DNA of 64,000 bases from Spirochaetia bacterium (GTDB lineage Bacteria; Spirochaetota; Spirochaetia; DSM-2461). Of this stretch, positions 30,451 to 39,767 are shown piece after piece. How positions within the stretch are numbered: position 1 is the stretch's first letter; each line of letters opens with the position of its first letter. The position numbers and the translations under genes were made by a program. The notes beneath the pieces were generated by a model that was not told the origin of the DNA, did not search any database, and saw nothing but the letters and a program-made list of their open reading frames with translations. The stretch covers positions 800,001 to 864,000 of the forward strand of contig CAXXIA010000002.1 of the NCBI GenBank assembly GCA_963666985.2. The letters are read 5' to 3'.

Positions 30451-30639
30451 CGAAGGAGGTACACCGAGGCGTAAGGAAACCCGCAGGAAAACCGGAATGC
30501 GCCGCTTTTCCTTTCGGACGGCGGAAAATCATTTTCCCGCTTATTACGGATTTCTTCATTATTGATCGTTTCGCAAAGGACTTGATGGAGAAAATATTCC
30601 AAAGTCGCCATCGGCGGCAAGCACTAAGTGAGGATTTTT

Positions 30640-31938
30640 ATGTGCTTTAACAAAACGGCTCTTATCACAATCACGATACTTATTCTGTCGGTTCAGGCCA
30701 TCTTCGCCGGAGGAAGCTCCGACGACGCCACCAATGAAATTACAATCTGGACAAAATACAATTCGGAGAATCCCGAGAACAACCGCGACAAATGGATGAA
30801 AAACACCATCGATGTCTATCTGGAAGAAACGGGCAACTCCATCAACAACATCTTCGTTCCCTACGATCAAATCAACAGCAAGCTCAATGTCGCGGTATCG
30901 GCGGGCGCGGAAGTTCCCGATCTTTCCTACATCGACAGCCAACAGCAGGCTTTTTACATCAGCAACGCGACTCTCATGGACATCACGAAACTCGTGAAAG
31001 GCTCCACCTGGTACGATGAAATAAGTCCCAGGGCTCTGGGCGCATGCACGGCTCCCGACGGAACCGTCCTGGCCGTTCCCCTCAACATCGGAACGAGGGT
31101 CAGCTACGTCTGGAGTGAAGCCTGGCCGAACGGATTCCCGAGCACCGTCTCCGGATTCCTTACGGAAGCCGAACGCCTTAAGGGTGAAGGGCTCTATGCG
31201 ATGTCCTTCAAAGCTTCGGAAAAATATGGAACCGAAGGCTTGTACTACGGTCTGGTTAAAAGTTTCGGCGGCAGCTACGGAGATGCCGAAGGAAAGGCGG
31301 CCTGGGCCAATCCGGAAACCGTCAAGGTCCTCGAGTTCCTGAGAACTCTTTTTGCGGAAGGATATGTTCCCGAAATCGACTTGGCACCCGGTTTCGACAA
31401 CGAAAGGCCGTTTGTTCAGGGTGACGCGGTTTCCTTCGCCGGGATTTCCTGGTCTTATGTCTACATGAATCCTCTGACGGCTCCCGATGGAACAATCATC
31501 GATAAAGGTTCCAATTCCATCGCGACCGCCGTGGAAATGGGCAAAATGGACGTTGCTCCCTACCTGGCCGCAGACGGCGGTGAGCCCGTAGCGGCTTTAA
31601 CCAGTTCCGCTTTGGCGATTCCCGAGGGTGCCGAAAACATCGACGGTGCTCACGCTTTCATCGATTGGCTTATGAATCCCTCCCGGAACGCCGAATGCGC
31701 CGAGGCCTTCGGCGGACTTCCGTCGATTATTTCCGCTCAATCCGATGCGCGATTCCAGACTCCGTATTGGAAAAAAGTGGCTGAAATAACGGAGAAATAC
31801 GGAACCGCTTATCCCTCTCTCGTCGATTACGACAAAGCGTTAACCAAGCTGGCGCAGACCTTCGAAGAGATTCTTTCCAACCCGGAACTCGACATCATGG
31901 AAAGTCTCCGGACGGCCCAGCAGGAAATAAACCAATAA
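30640..31938 (+). CDS. ABC transporter substrate-binding protein (CUT1/SBP_bac_1)
   Basis: Signal peptide ending IFAGG; ITIWT, VPDLSYID, LAIP....AHAFIDWL. Confidence 0.9.
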   Translation: MCFNKTALITITILILSVQAIFAGGSSDDATNEITIWTKYNSENPENNRDKWMKNTIDVYLEETGNSINNIFVPYDQINSKLNVAVSAGAEVPDLSYIDSQQQAFYISNATLMDITKLVKGSTWYDEISPRALGACTAPDGTVLAVPLNIGTRVSYVWSEAWPNGFPSTVSGFLTEAERLKGEGLYAMSFKASEKYGTEGLYYGLVKSFGGSYGDAEGKAAWANPETVKVLEFLRTLFAEGYVPEIDLAPGFDNERPFVQGDAVSFAGISWSYVYMNPLTAPDGTIIDKGSNSIATAVEMGKMDVAPYLAADGGEPVAALTSSALAIPEGAENIDGAHAFIDWLMNPSRNAECAEAFGGLPSIISAQSDARFQTPYWKKVAEITEKYGTAYPSLVDYDKALTKLAQTFEEILSNPELDIMESLRTAQQEINQ

Positions 31939-31948
31939 CCGATTCGAA

Positions 31949-31982
31949 AACAGGCGGGAAAGCGTTTCGTTTCCCGCCTGTT
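31949..31982 (+). terminator. Intercistronic stem-loop after the binding-protein gene
   Basis: AACAGGCGGGAAA-N8-TTTCCCGCCTGTT, 13-bp perfect stem. Confidence 0.7.
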
Positions 31983-32017
31983 GCGACGAAAATAATAAAG
32001 GAAAAACGCCGAACTCC

Positions 32018-32881
32018 ATGAAAATCAAACAAAGAACCGATACCCGCAAAGCCATGGCGCTCATTTCGCCCGCGCTGCTGTTCCTCTTTTTGGTTCAAAT
32101 CTATCCGATCTTCGACGCATTCTATTTAAGCTTATTGAAAATCAAGGGGCGGAACAGCACCTTCGTCGGACTGACGAACTATATCCACATTTTTCAGAAT
32201 TCCGATTTCTGGGAAAGTTCATGGTTAACGGCGCTCTTCACATTCGGATATCTGTCTCTGACGCTGATTCTGGCGATGCTCCTCGCTCTTCTCCTGAATA
32301 GAAAACTTAAATTCTCATCCCTGTATCTGATTCTTATCTTCATCCCGTGGATTCTCTCGCCGGTCGTTGCCGGGACAATGTGGAGATGGCTTTTCCAGCC
32401 GGCATACGGAATCATTCAAACTCTATTCGAACCCCTGATTCACAAGAGCCTGATTACGGACAAAGCGGGCGCGATGATGATCATCATCCTGGCGTTCCTC
32501 TGGCAGAATCTTCCGTTGACGACGCTCTTGTTCCTGGGAGGACTCCAAACCATTTCAAAGGAAATTTTCGAATGCGCTTCACTGGACGGTGTAAGCGGTG
32601 TTCAAAAATTCCGTTTCATCACCCTCCCTCTGATTAAGCCGATTCTCCTGATCAACATGATCATGGGCACCATTCGGGGCATAAACGTTATCAGCATCGT
32701 CATGTCGATAACGCGGGGAGGCCCGGGACGGGCCACCGGCGTCTGGGGATTGTATCTCTATCAGACGGCTTGGCAATTCGGTGATTTCGGCAGCGGGGCC
32801 GCTTTGGGAATCATCATGTTCTTCGTAAGCGTCCTGCTGTCGCTTCTCTATATCCGGTCCGTCAAGTTGGAGCCGAAATGA
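32018..32881 (+). CDS. CUT1 ABC transporter permease
   Basis: FVGLTNY, EAA-like loop ECASLDG, TRGGPG. Confidence 0.93.
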   Translation: MKIKQRTDTRKAMALISPALLFLFLVQIYPIFDAFYLSLLKIKGRNSTFVGLTNYIHIFQNSDFWESSWLTALFTFGYLSLTLILAMLLALLLNRKLKFSSLYLILIFIPWILSPVVAGTMWRWLFQPAYGIIQTLFEPLIHKSLITDKAGAMMIIILAFLWQNLPLTTLLFLGGLQTISKEIFECASLDGVSGVQKFRFITLPLIKPILLINMIMGTIRGINVISIVMSITRGGPGRATGVWGLYLYQTAWQFGDFGSGAALGIIMFFVSVLLSLLYIRSVKLEPK

Positions 32882-33714
32882 TGAAAAAACACATGATGAT
32901 TTCCACCGTATTCGTTCATCTGCTCCTCCTTGTCGTCTGCGCCGTCTGTCTCTTTCCGGTGTTCTATACGCTGACGACATCCTTCAAGGACGAAATCGAA
33001 GTCCTGACGAAACCTCCCCGGCTCTTCCCCGCGACATGGGTTATCAGCGGCTACGCGCAAGTCTTCAAAAGCAGCATGCTGACCTTATATCTGCCCAATT
33101 CCCTGATGAATTCCATCGTCACTTCCCTCATCGTCCTGCCTCTCGCCTCTCTGGCCGCTTACGGGTTTTCCCGTTATAAATTCAAGGGAAGTATGTTCAT
33201 TCAAGTCTGTATTCTGATGATTTGGATGGTTCCCCGTCTGACGACGCTTCTGCCCCTGTATAAAATCAGTTCCCGTCTTCATCTTCTGCAGACCCGCATT
33301 CCGCTTATCGCCGTCTATGCATCGTACTCCCTTCCCATCAGTATCTGGATTATCAAGAGCTTCATCGACGCCATTCCCAGGGACATGGAGGAAGCGGCGT
33401 GTTTGGACGGAACCACCTTGATTCAGTCCCTTTGGCACATCACCCTTCCGATGATCGCGCCCGGACTCTTTACGGCGTTTCTCATGGCATTCCTGGAATC
33501 CTGGAATGAATTTCTGGCGGCTGTCGTCCTGATCAGCAACAACAGCCTGAAAACGGCGACGGTCGGACTCTATGACTTTCAGTCGGCCTTCGAAACTTCA
33601 TATCACACCTTGGCCGCCGCCTGTATCGTCATCGCATTGCCGATACTGATAATCTTTATCCTCGGAAGGAAATATTTCTTCAAAGGGCTTATGGAAGGCG
33701 CCATTAAAGGCTAA
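32878..33714 (+). CDS. CUT1 ABC transporter permease
   Basis: IPRDMEEAACLDG, SWNEF, C-terminal GAIKG. Confidence 0.93.
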   Translation: MMKKHMMISTVFVHLLLLVVCAVCLFPVFYTLTTSFKDEIEVLTKPPRLFPATWVISGYAQVFKSSMLTLYLPNSLMNSIVTSLIVLPLASLAAYGFSRYKFKGSMFIQVCILMIWMVPRLTTLLPLYKISSRLHLLQTRIPLIAVYASYSLPISIWIIKSFIDAIPRDMEEAACLDGTTLIQSLWHITLPMIAPGLFTAFLMAFLESWNEFLAAVVLISNNSLKTATVGLYDFQSAFETSYHTLAAACIVIALPILIIFILGRKYFFKGLMEGAIKG

Positions 33715-33753
33715 AACAACCATTGTTCGATCATCACGCTTAAGGAGACGCTT

Positions 33754-34485
33754 GTGACGATTAAAAACTCGGTAATCATGATAACCGGCGGAGCGATTCG
33801 CGTAGGAAAAGCTTTCGCTCTGCATTTGGCGCGACAGGGAGCTCATATCGCATTTACGTATTTCGACGATTCCGAAGACTGGGAAACCACATCCCGGGAA
33901 ATCGAAGAATGCGGAGTAAAATCCCTCCCCTTGAAAGTCGACAGCAGGGATTCCGCGCAAATCGGAGAAGCCGTTGAGAAAACCGCCGAGACTTTCGGCA
34001 CCATCAATGTTCTTATCAACAATGCCGGAATCTGGCTCAAAACACCGTTTCTCGAAATTCCCGAGGAGGACTTCGACAGGGAAATCGCGATCAACCTGAA
34101 AGGGCCCTTCCTTTTCTCCCAGAAGGTGGCTCCGATCATGCTGAAAGGCAAAGCCGGAGTCATCATCAACATCACCGATATCTCCGCGTTCCAAGTCTGG
34201 CCGGGTTATGCGCATCATGCCGCGTCAAAAAGCGGATTGGTTTCGCTGACCAAGCAGATGGCGACGGAGTTGGCTCCGTCCGTCAGAGTGAACGCCATCG
34301 CCCCCGGCACCATTATGCTTCCTCCGGAAGCCTCCGAAGAGAAAATCAAATGGTCCAGGGAAAATTCCCTGCTTAAACGAATCGGAAAGGTGGAAGAAGC
34401 CGCGCAGCTGGTTCAATTTCTTATCGAAAACGACTTTGTAACAGGAAGCGTTTATCCCATCGACGGAGGCAGGTCTCTGGTATGA
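33754..34485 (+). CDS. Short-chain dehydrogenase/reductase, pteridine reductase (FolM/PTR1)-like
   Basis: TGGAIRVG cofactor motif with the PTR1/FolM-type Arg, NNAG, IINITD, HAASK in place of YxxxK, VNAIAPG, IDGGR. Confidence 0.8.
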   Translation: MTIKNSVIMITGGAIRVGKAFALHLARQGAHIAFTYFDDSEDWETTSREIEECGVKSLPLKVDSRDSAQIGEAVEKTAETFGTINVLINNAGIWLKTPFLEIPEEDFDREIAINLKGPFLFSQKVAPIMLKGKAGVIINITDISAFQVWPGYAHHAASKSGLVSLTKQMATELAPSVRVNAIAPGTIMLPPEASEEKIKWSRENSLLKRIGKVEEAAQLVQFLIENDFVTGSVYPIDGGRSLV

Positions 34486-35801
34486 ACAAAAAAGCGGAAT
34501 CGCCGAACGGCGATCTCCTGATAATCGGAGGCGCATATCTCCTTTCCGGCGGATGGCGGCAAGGGGGATATGCGCTGATCAAAGACGGAAAGATTGCAGA
34601 ACTCTCTCCGAAAGAGCCTTCGGAAGAACTGAAGGCCGGCGCGGGAAGCGTTATTTCCGCCGACGGTATGGCCGTTCTTCCCGGACTGATCAACGCCCAT
34701 ACCCACTTCGGACAAACATTCATGAGGGGATTGGCCGGAGGCAGGCCTCTGCTGCCTTGGCTGAAAGAGCGGATATGGCCTTTGCAGGAAGCCTTCGGTC
34801 CGGAGGAAATGGAATTGGCCGCGCAATTGGGACTGTTGGAAAACCTGCGATGCGGCGTTACGAAGGTTACCGACCATCATAAAATAACGAAGGAAAACAG
34901 GTACGCGGACATCGTTTGTACCGCCGCGGAGCAAGCGGGGATACGCTTAACCCTCGCACGGTCCTGGACGGATCTGGAGCCGGGAGGAGAACGGCCGGAA
35001 GCCGTTCTCGACGATCTGAAATCCCTTTTCGGCCGATGGAAAGGAAGCCGGTTCGTAACCATCGCCAACGGCCCGCTGGCGGCTTGGCGCTGCGGCGCAG
35101 AAACGCTTCAAAAAAGCCACGCCCTTGCGCGTGAAAACAATTCTTTTACCCATATCCACGTTTCGGAGGTTTCCGAAGAAGTCCGCAAGAGCCGGGAATC
35201 CTACGATCTTCCTCCCATCGCGTGGCTTGATTCATTGGGCATCCTGGACAGCAGGATGCAGTTGGTTCACTGCGTCTGGGCGGAACCGGATGAAATCGAA
35301 AGAATCGCCCGATCGGAATCCACGATGATCCATTGTCCGGTCAGCAATGCAGTCCTGGGATCGGGAATTGCGCCCTTGAAAAGATTCATCGAGAACAAGA
35401 TTCCCATTCTTCTGGGAACCGACGGCCCCGCGAGCAATGACACTCAGGATCTTATCGAAACGATGAAATCGGCTCTGCTTTTCGCCCGATCTTCGGAACT
35501 GGACGTTGAAGCCGTTTCCCCGGATCAGGTTCTTTCCATGGCCGTCGGGGGAAAACGCCTTGAAGCGGGAGCTCCGGCGGATCTGATACTCATCGATCTC
35601 GAAAATCCCCGGTCGGTTCCCGTTCATGACTATACGTCCGCCTTAACACTCGGCACACACGGGAGCGATGTGGCCACCGTGATTATCGACGGACGCATCC
35701 TGATTCAAGACAAAAAATGCCTGTTTCTCGACGAATCCGCGCTTCTCTCGGAATGCGGCAAAGCGGCGAAGAAACTGAAGAAACGCGCGGGGTTGGATTA
35801 A
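34482..35801 (+). CDS. Amidohydrolase, nucleobase/pterin deaminase-like
   Basis: PGLINAHTHFGQ, HIHVSE, HCVW, HCPVSN..LGSG, GTDGPASND. Confidence 0.87.
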   Translation: MNKKAESPNGDLLIIGGAYLLSGGWRQGGYALIKDGKIAELSPKEPSEELKAGAGSVISADGMAVLPGLINAHTHFGQTFMRGLAGGRPLLPWLKERIWPLQEAFGPEEMELAAQLGLLENLRCGVTKVTDHHKITKENRYADIVCTAAEQAGIRLTLARSWTDLEPGGERPEAVLDDLKSLFGRWKGSRFVTIANGPLAAWRCGAETLQKSHALARENNSFTHIHVSEVSEEVRKSRESYDLPPIAWLDSLGILDSRMQLVHCVWAEPDEIERIARSESTMIHCPVSNAVLGSGIAPLKRFIENKIPILLGTDGPASNDTQDLIETMKSALLFARSSELDVEAVSPDQVLSMAVGGKRLEAGAPADLILIDLENPRSVPVHDYTSALTLGTHGSDVATVIIDGRILIQDKKCLFLDESALLSECGKAAKKLKKRAGLD

Positions 35802-35914
35802 CCTGCCGTCACGCCGCGGTGTTCCGGGCGCGCGGACGGCGCTCTCATGAAGACGGGGGCGGGCGGGGTATCCGCGGCACAGCGGCCCCCGGGAAGCCGC
35901 AAGCACCCGGCGAA

Positions 35915-37273
35915 TCAGCCCGCCGTCCCGCCGCCCTTTCTCAAATAATCCTGAAGATTAACGGACGGATAAACCACTCTTTTCAGCGCTTTCTTTTTCG
36001 CCGGGAGGGTGGCGTCGATACCCATCTTGTTCTGCACTCCTTCGGAGTCGCTGCAGGGATCCAGTTCATGCCCCCGGCTGTTGGGAATGATGAACATATC
36101 CTCCCGGGGATTAACCCGGTTGCTCAATGCCCAAAAAACGTCGGAAGCGCTGAAGATGTCCACATCCGTATCGACGACGATGACATTCTTAATATTCACA
36201 TGAGCCGTCATGGCCGCCATGGCCACGTTCTTGGGTTCCCCTTCGTTCTTCTTCTCCATCTGAATAATCGCCATGAATCCTGAGCCGTAAGGCGGAATGT
36301 GAACGGCGGTAACGGAAGACGAGACATGCATCGCGAAACGCTTGAGCAAAGGCTCCCGGGGAAGAACATTGCCGAGATTGATGTGTTCGAAACTGGCGCC
36401 GTTCAGGGTTTGCCAGATGGGATTTTTTCGATGGGTAACGGCTTTGATCTTGAATACCGGGCTCTCCCAAAGCAAGCCGTAATGACCGGTGAACTCGGCC
36501 AGGGGGCCCTCTTCTTCCCTGACTCCCGGCAGAATTTCCCCTTCCAAAACGTACTCGCTGAAGGCGGGAACGCGGATGTCGCATGTTTCGCATTTCACGG
36601 TCTCAACGGGTTTCCCGCGAAGAGCTCCCGCGATTTCCGCCTCATCCCCTTCGTAGCGGAATCCCGCGGCGATCATCAATGCCGGATCCACTCCCACGGC
36701 CACGGCCACGGGCAGGGGCGCGTTTCGGTCTTCCGCCTTTTTCAAAAAGTCCCTCAAATGGCGCCAGGAATTGATCATGATGCCCATTTTATCCCTTCCC
36801 TTCACCTGCATTCGCTGGAAGCTTAAATTCTGCATGCCTGTTTCGGGATCTCTCCCGACGGTGACTCCGGCGGTAATGAACGGTCCTCCATCACCGGGAG
36901 CGTGAATCGGAATGGGAAGGCTCGTGAGATCCACCTCCTCACCGGTAAGAATAACTTCTTTGCAGGGCGCGTCTGAAATCTCTTTTGATGAGATGGGATT
37001 GTCCAAAACCCTCTCCATCCTGTCCGAGATTTCTTCCGGTTCACATTCAAGGGCTGCGGCAATCTTCTTATGATCCGAAAGCAAACCTCCGGCAACTTGT
37101 CCCGCCCCCCCCTTCAGCTCCGGAAAAAACGCGGCGGGACCATGGATTTTCTCCAAACCGGCGAGGACGCTTCCGATTTCATGCCGGAGGTCCACCGGCT
37201 TCACGATGGTTTCGAGTTCTCCCCGCGCTTCCAGGGCCTTCATAAATGTTCTTAAGTCGTAAATGTCCGCCAT
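35915..37273 (-). CDS. UbiD-family prFMN-dependent (de)carboxylase
   Basis: LPIPIHAPGDGGPFITAG, QRMQV, EYVLEG, EEGPLAEFTGHY, VVDTDVDI, LDP...KMGIDAT. Confidence 0.93.
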   Translation of the reverse strand: MADIYDLRTFMKALEARGELETIVKPVDLRHEIGSVLAGLEKIHGPAAFFPELKGGAGQVAGGLLSDHKKIAAALECEPEEISDRMERVLDNPISSKEISDAPCKEVILTGEEVDLTSLPIPIHAPGDGGPFITAGVTVGRDPETGMQNLSFQRMQVKGRDKMGIMINSWRHLRDFLKKAEDRNAPLPVAVAVGVDPALMIAAGFRYEGDEAEIAGALRGKPVETVKCETCDIRVPAFSEYVLEGEILPGVREEEGPLAEFTGHYGLLWESPVFKIKAVTHRKNPIWQTLNGASFEHINLGNVLPREPLLKRFAMHVSSSVTAVHIPPYGSGFMAIIQMEKKNEGEPKNVAMAAMTAHVNIKNVIVVDTDVDIFSASDVFWALSNRVNPREDMFIIPNSRGHELDPCSDSEGVQNKMGIDATLPAKKKALKRVVYPSVNLQDYLRKGGGTAG

Positions 37274-37289
37274 TTGATGTCCTTTGTTT

Positions 37290-38015
37290 TTATTTCCATT
37301 TGGTCAGAAACGCTAATTTAACAAGATGAGGATTAAACGAAATCAAACTCCTGCATACCAGATTGTCGAAAATGCTGATATGGTTTTCCTCCCAGCGAAT
37401 AAGAGATTCGCCCTCTTCCAGTTCGAGAATCTCAGCAAGCCGGGGAGAGGCCTTGGACGGTTCAAAACGCTTGAGTGATTGAACGACTTCTTCCGTAACA
37501 AGACTTTGAAGCTGTTCGTTGAACCCCGACGGATTCAGCGGCATAAAACCTTCGCTGCGTCGAAGGTAATCGGCGAGGATGAAATTCCGGCTGTAGATAA
37601 CCGGTTTTCCGTCGGCCGAATAGAGGTTCTCCAAGAGAAGGTAGCCCCGGCGGGGATTCAAATCCTCGAACAGCGAATCGGCCTCGCCGCCTTCCACCCA
37701 TCGGGGCTCTTTCCGATCCACCGAAACCGCATAGCCTCCGTTCTCAAGGAGACTCCGGAAGTCGCCGATTCTGTCGATTCGCATGGTTTCGTTCAAAGTC
37801 GTCGGATGGACGAGATTGCCCAATCCATGCTTTTTCGTAATAAAGCCTTCCCTGTTGAGAGCGATAAGGGCTTCACGCAGAGTCGTTCGGCTGATGCCGA
37901 ACTCCGAACAGAGATGAGCTTCGGAGGGAAGCCGATTCCCGGGAAATCGCGTTCCGGAAATAAGTTCCAAGAGTGCTTCTTTTGCTTTGACGTAAAGAGG
38001 ATTTTTTTCTATCAT
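37290..38015 (-). CDS. GntR-family (HutC/UTRA) regulator
   Basis: RLPSEAHLCSEFGISRTTLREAL..GLGN; resembles the 29713 GntR (MRID motif, SFNP near the C-terminus). Confidence 0.92.
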   Translation of the reverse strand: MIEKNPLYVKAKEALLELISGTRFPGNRLPSEAHLCSEFGISRTTLREALIALNREGFITKKHGLGNLVHPTTLNETMRIDRIGDFRSLLENGGYAVSVDRKEPRWVEGGEADSLFEDLNPRRGYLLLENLYSADGKPVIYSRNFILADYLRRSEGFMPLNPSGFNEQLQSLVTEEVVQSLKRFEPSKASPRLAEILELEEGESLIRWEENHISIFDNLVCRSLISFNPHLVKLAFLTKWK

Positions 38016-38129
38016 AGATCATCTGCTCATCAGACCTATTTTATAAAGATGAGAGAGCATGTCAATCTCTTCACGAAAATCGCGGCGATGAAGTTCCACA
38101 TCCGGCCGCTTCGGTTAAGGATTCCGATT

Positions 38130-38726
38130 ATGAACGATCAGACAAAACACCCTCTTCTTGTAGGGATTACCGGCGCTTCCGGAGCTCTTTTGGCCGGAAG
38201 ATTCCTTCGGATACTGAAAGAAGAGAAAATCCCGATGAGAATCATCATTTCGCAATGGGCGGAAGAAGTCGCTCTTTCGGAAACGGGTCAATCTTGGTCC
38301 GATTTGCTGGCGGATCTAAACCTGAAGTCCTTCCGGAGGGATTGGACCGACCTTTCGGCCGATATCGCCAGCGGCTCCTTCCCTTCCGAAGGAATGGTGA
38401 TCCTGCCCTGCTCCATGGGAACCCTCGGCGGCATCGCGGCGGGGATTTCCAGGAACCTCATCGAAAGGGCGGCCGATGTTATGCTGAAAGAAAGAAAACC
38501 GCTTGTTCTCGTGCCCAGGGAAACACCGCTGAACACGATTCATATCAAAAACATGCTGCGCCTTTCCGAAGCGGGCGCGATTATCATGCCGCCGATGTTC
38601 TCTTTCTATACCAATCCGGAAAATATTCCGGAAATGATCGATCAGTTCGCCTATAGGATTCTCAAATGTCTGGGCATTGAATCAGACGGATTAAAGATCT
38701 GGAATCCCGAGATCGCGGGCCGATAA
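38130..38726 (+). CDS. ubiX: Flavin prenyltransferase
   Basis: VGITGASG, IASGSF, PCSMGTL, RAADVMLKERKPLVLVPRETP, PPMFSFY; true start is MNDQTK, not the 37479 ORF start. Confidence 0.95.
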   Translation: MNDQTKHPLLVGITGASGALLAGRFLRILKEEKIPMRIIISQWAEEVALSETGQSWSDLLADLNLKSFRRDWTDLSADIASGSFPSEGMVILPCSMGTLGGIAAGISRNLIERAADVMLKERKPLVLVPRETPLNTIHIKNMLRLSEAGAIIMPPMFSFYTNPENIPEMIDQFAYRILKCLGIESDGLKIWNPEIAGR

Positions 38727-38933
38727 GTCCCGCACCCCGAAAAATCGATCCCTCCGCGGCATCTTCTTATTGAGAATTGAAGAATGAAATCGAATCGTCC
38801 GAAATCGGCATGAAACCGTACGGCCTTGTGTTGCATGATCATTTCAAGCACCGCCGAACGCCGCATACGGGCCAAAGACCAAGAATCGTAACACGATTTA
38901 GCGAGCGGCATTCATGAGAATGCCCCACAGGCG

Positions 38934-39767
38934 CTATTTCACTCCTCCGAACGTCAGGCCGCTTACATAATATTTCTGCAGCAGAAGAGAAAGAACGATA
39001 ACCGGAAGAACCGACAGCACACCCATGGCCGCCATGGTGGTCCAGCCGACGCTCATCATGCCGAAAGTGCTGAGCATTCCCAAAGGCAATGTCGCGGTTG
39101 CCGGAGCTGTCAGTGTTAAGGCGAAGATAAAGTCGTTCCATGAATAAATGAACGCAAAGAGCGCCGAAGTTACCAGCCCGGGAAGACTTAAAGGAATCAC
39201 GACTCTGTAGAACGCTTTAAAAATGCCGCATCCGTCGATTATGGCGGCCTCCTCCAGATCTTCCGGAACGGCTTCGAAAATCCCGGACATCAGCCAGGCC
39301 GTAAAACAGGCGTTGTAGATCGTATCGATCAGGATAACCGCCAATCGCGTTCCGAAAAGCCCCAATTTCTGCATAAGAATCCGAAACGGCAGAACAATCA
39401 GAACCGGCGGCAGAGTCCTGGCCAGCAGGATGAAGGACAACAGCAGGAAGCGTCCTCTGAATCGCACCCTGGAAAACGCATATCCGGCGGGTACGCCCAG
39501 CAGAAGTGAAAGAATCATCGTTCCGAATGAGATGACGATGCTGTTCCAGCCCCACTTGAATACGGGCATGGAACCGGTAACGTATTCAAAGTTGGTGAAC
39601 GTCGGCTTAAAGCGGAACCAAACGGGAGGAAGCTTGAACATTTCGATTTTGAACTTCAGCGATGTCTGCAGAAGCCACAGAATCGGGATGAGGAAGAATC
39701 CGAGGGCCAGGGCGATGAGGATGTACCGCATCCAGCGGGTATACATCCGTGTCGATGGAAGACTCAT
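38934..39767 (-). CDS. CUT1 ABC transporter permease
   Basis: VPEDLEEAAIIDG, SWNDF, GLTFGGVK. Confidence 0.93.
   Translation of the reverse strand: MSLPSTRMYTRWMRYILIALALGFFLIPILWLLQTSLKFKIEMFKLPPVWFRFKPTFTNFEYVTGSMPVFKWGWNSIVISFGTMILSLLLGVPAGYAFSRVRFRGRFLLLSFILLARTLPPVLIVLPFRILMQKLGLFGTRLAVILIDTIYNACFTAWLMSGIFEAVPEDLEEAAIIDGCGIFKAFYRVVIPLSLPGLVTSALFAFIYSWNDFIFALTLTAPATATLPLGMLSTFGMMSVGWTTMAAMGVLSVLPVIVLSLLLQKYYVSGLTFGGVK

Noticed and set aside
37479..38129. Apparent 217-aa N-terminal extension on UbiX
   Set aside because: It is mostly the antisense of the GntR gene; UbiX homology begins at ATG 38130
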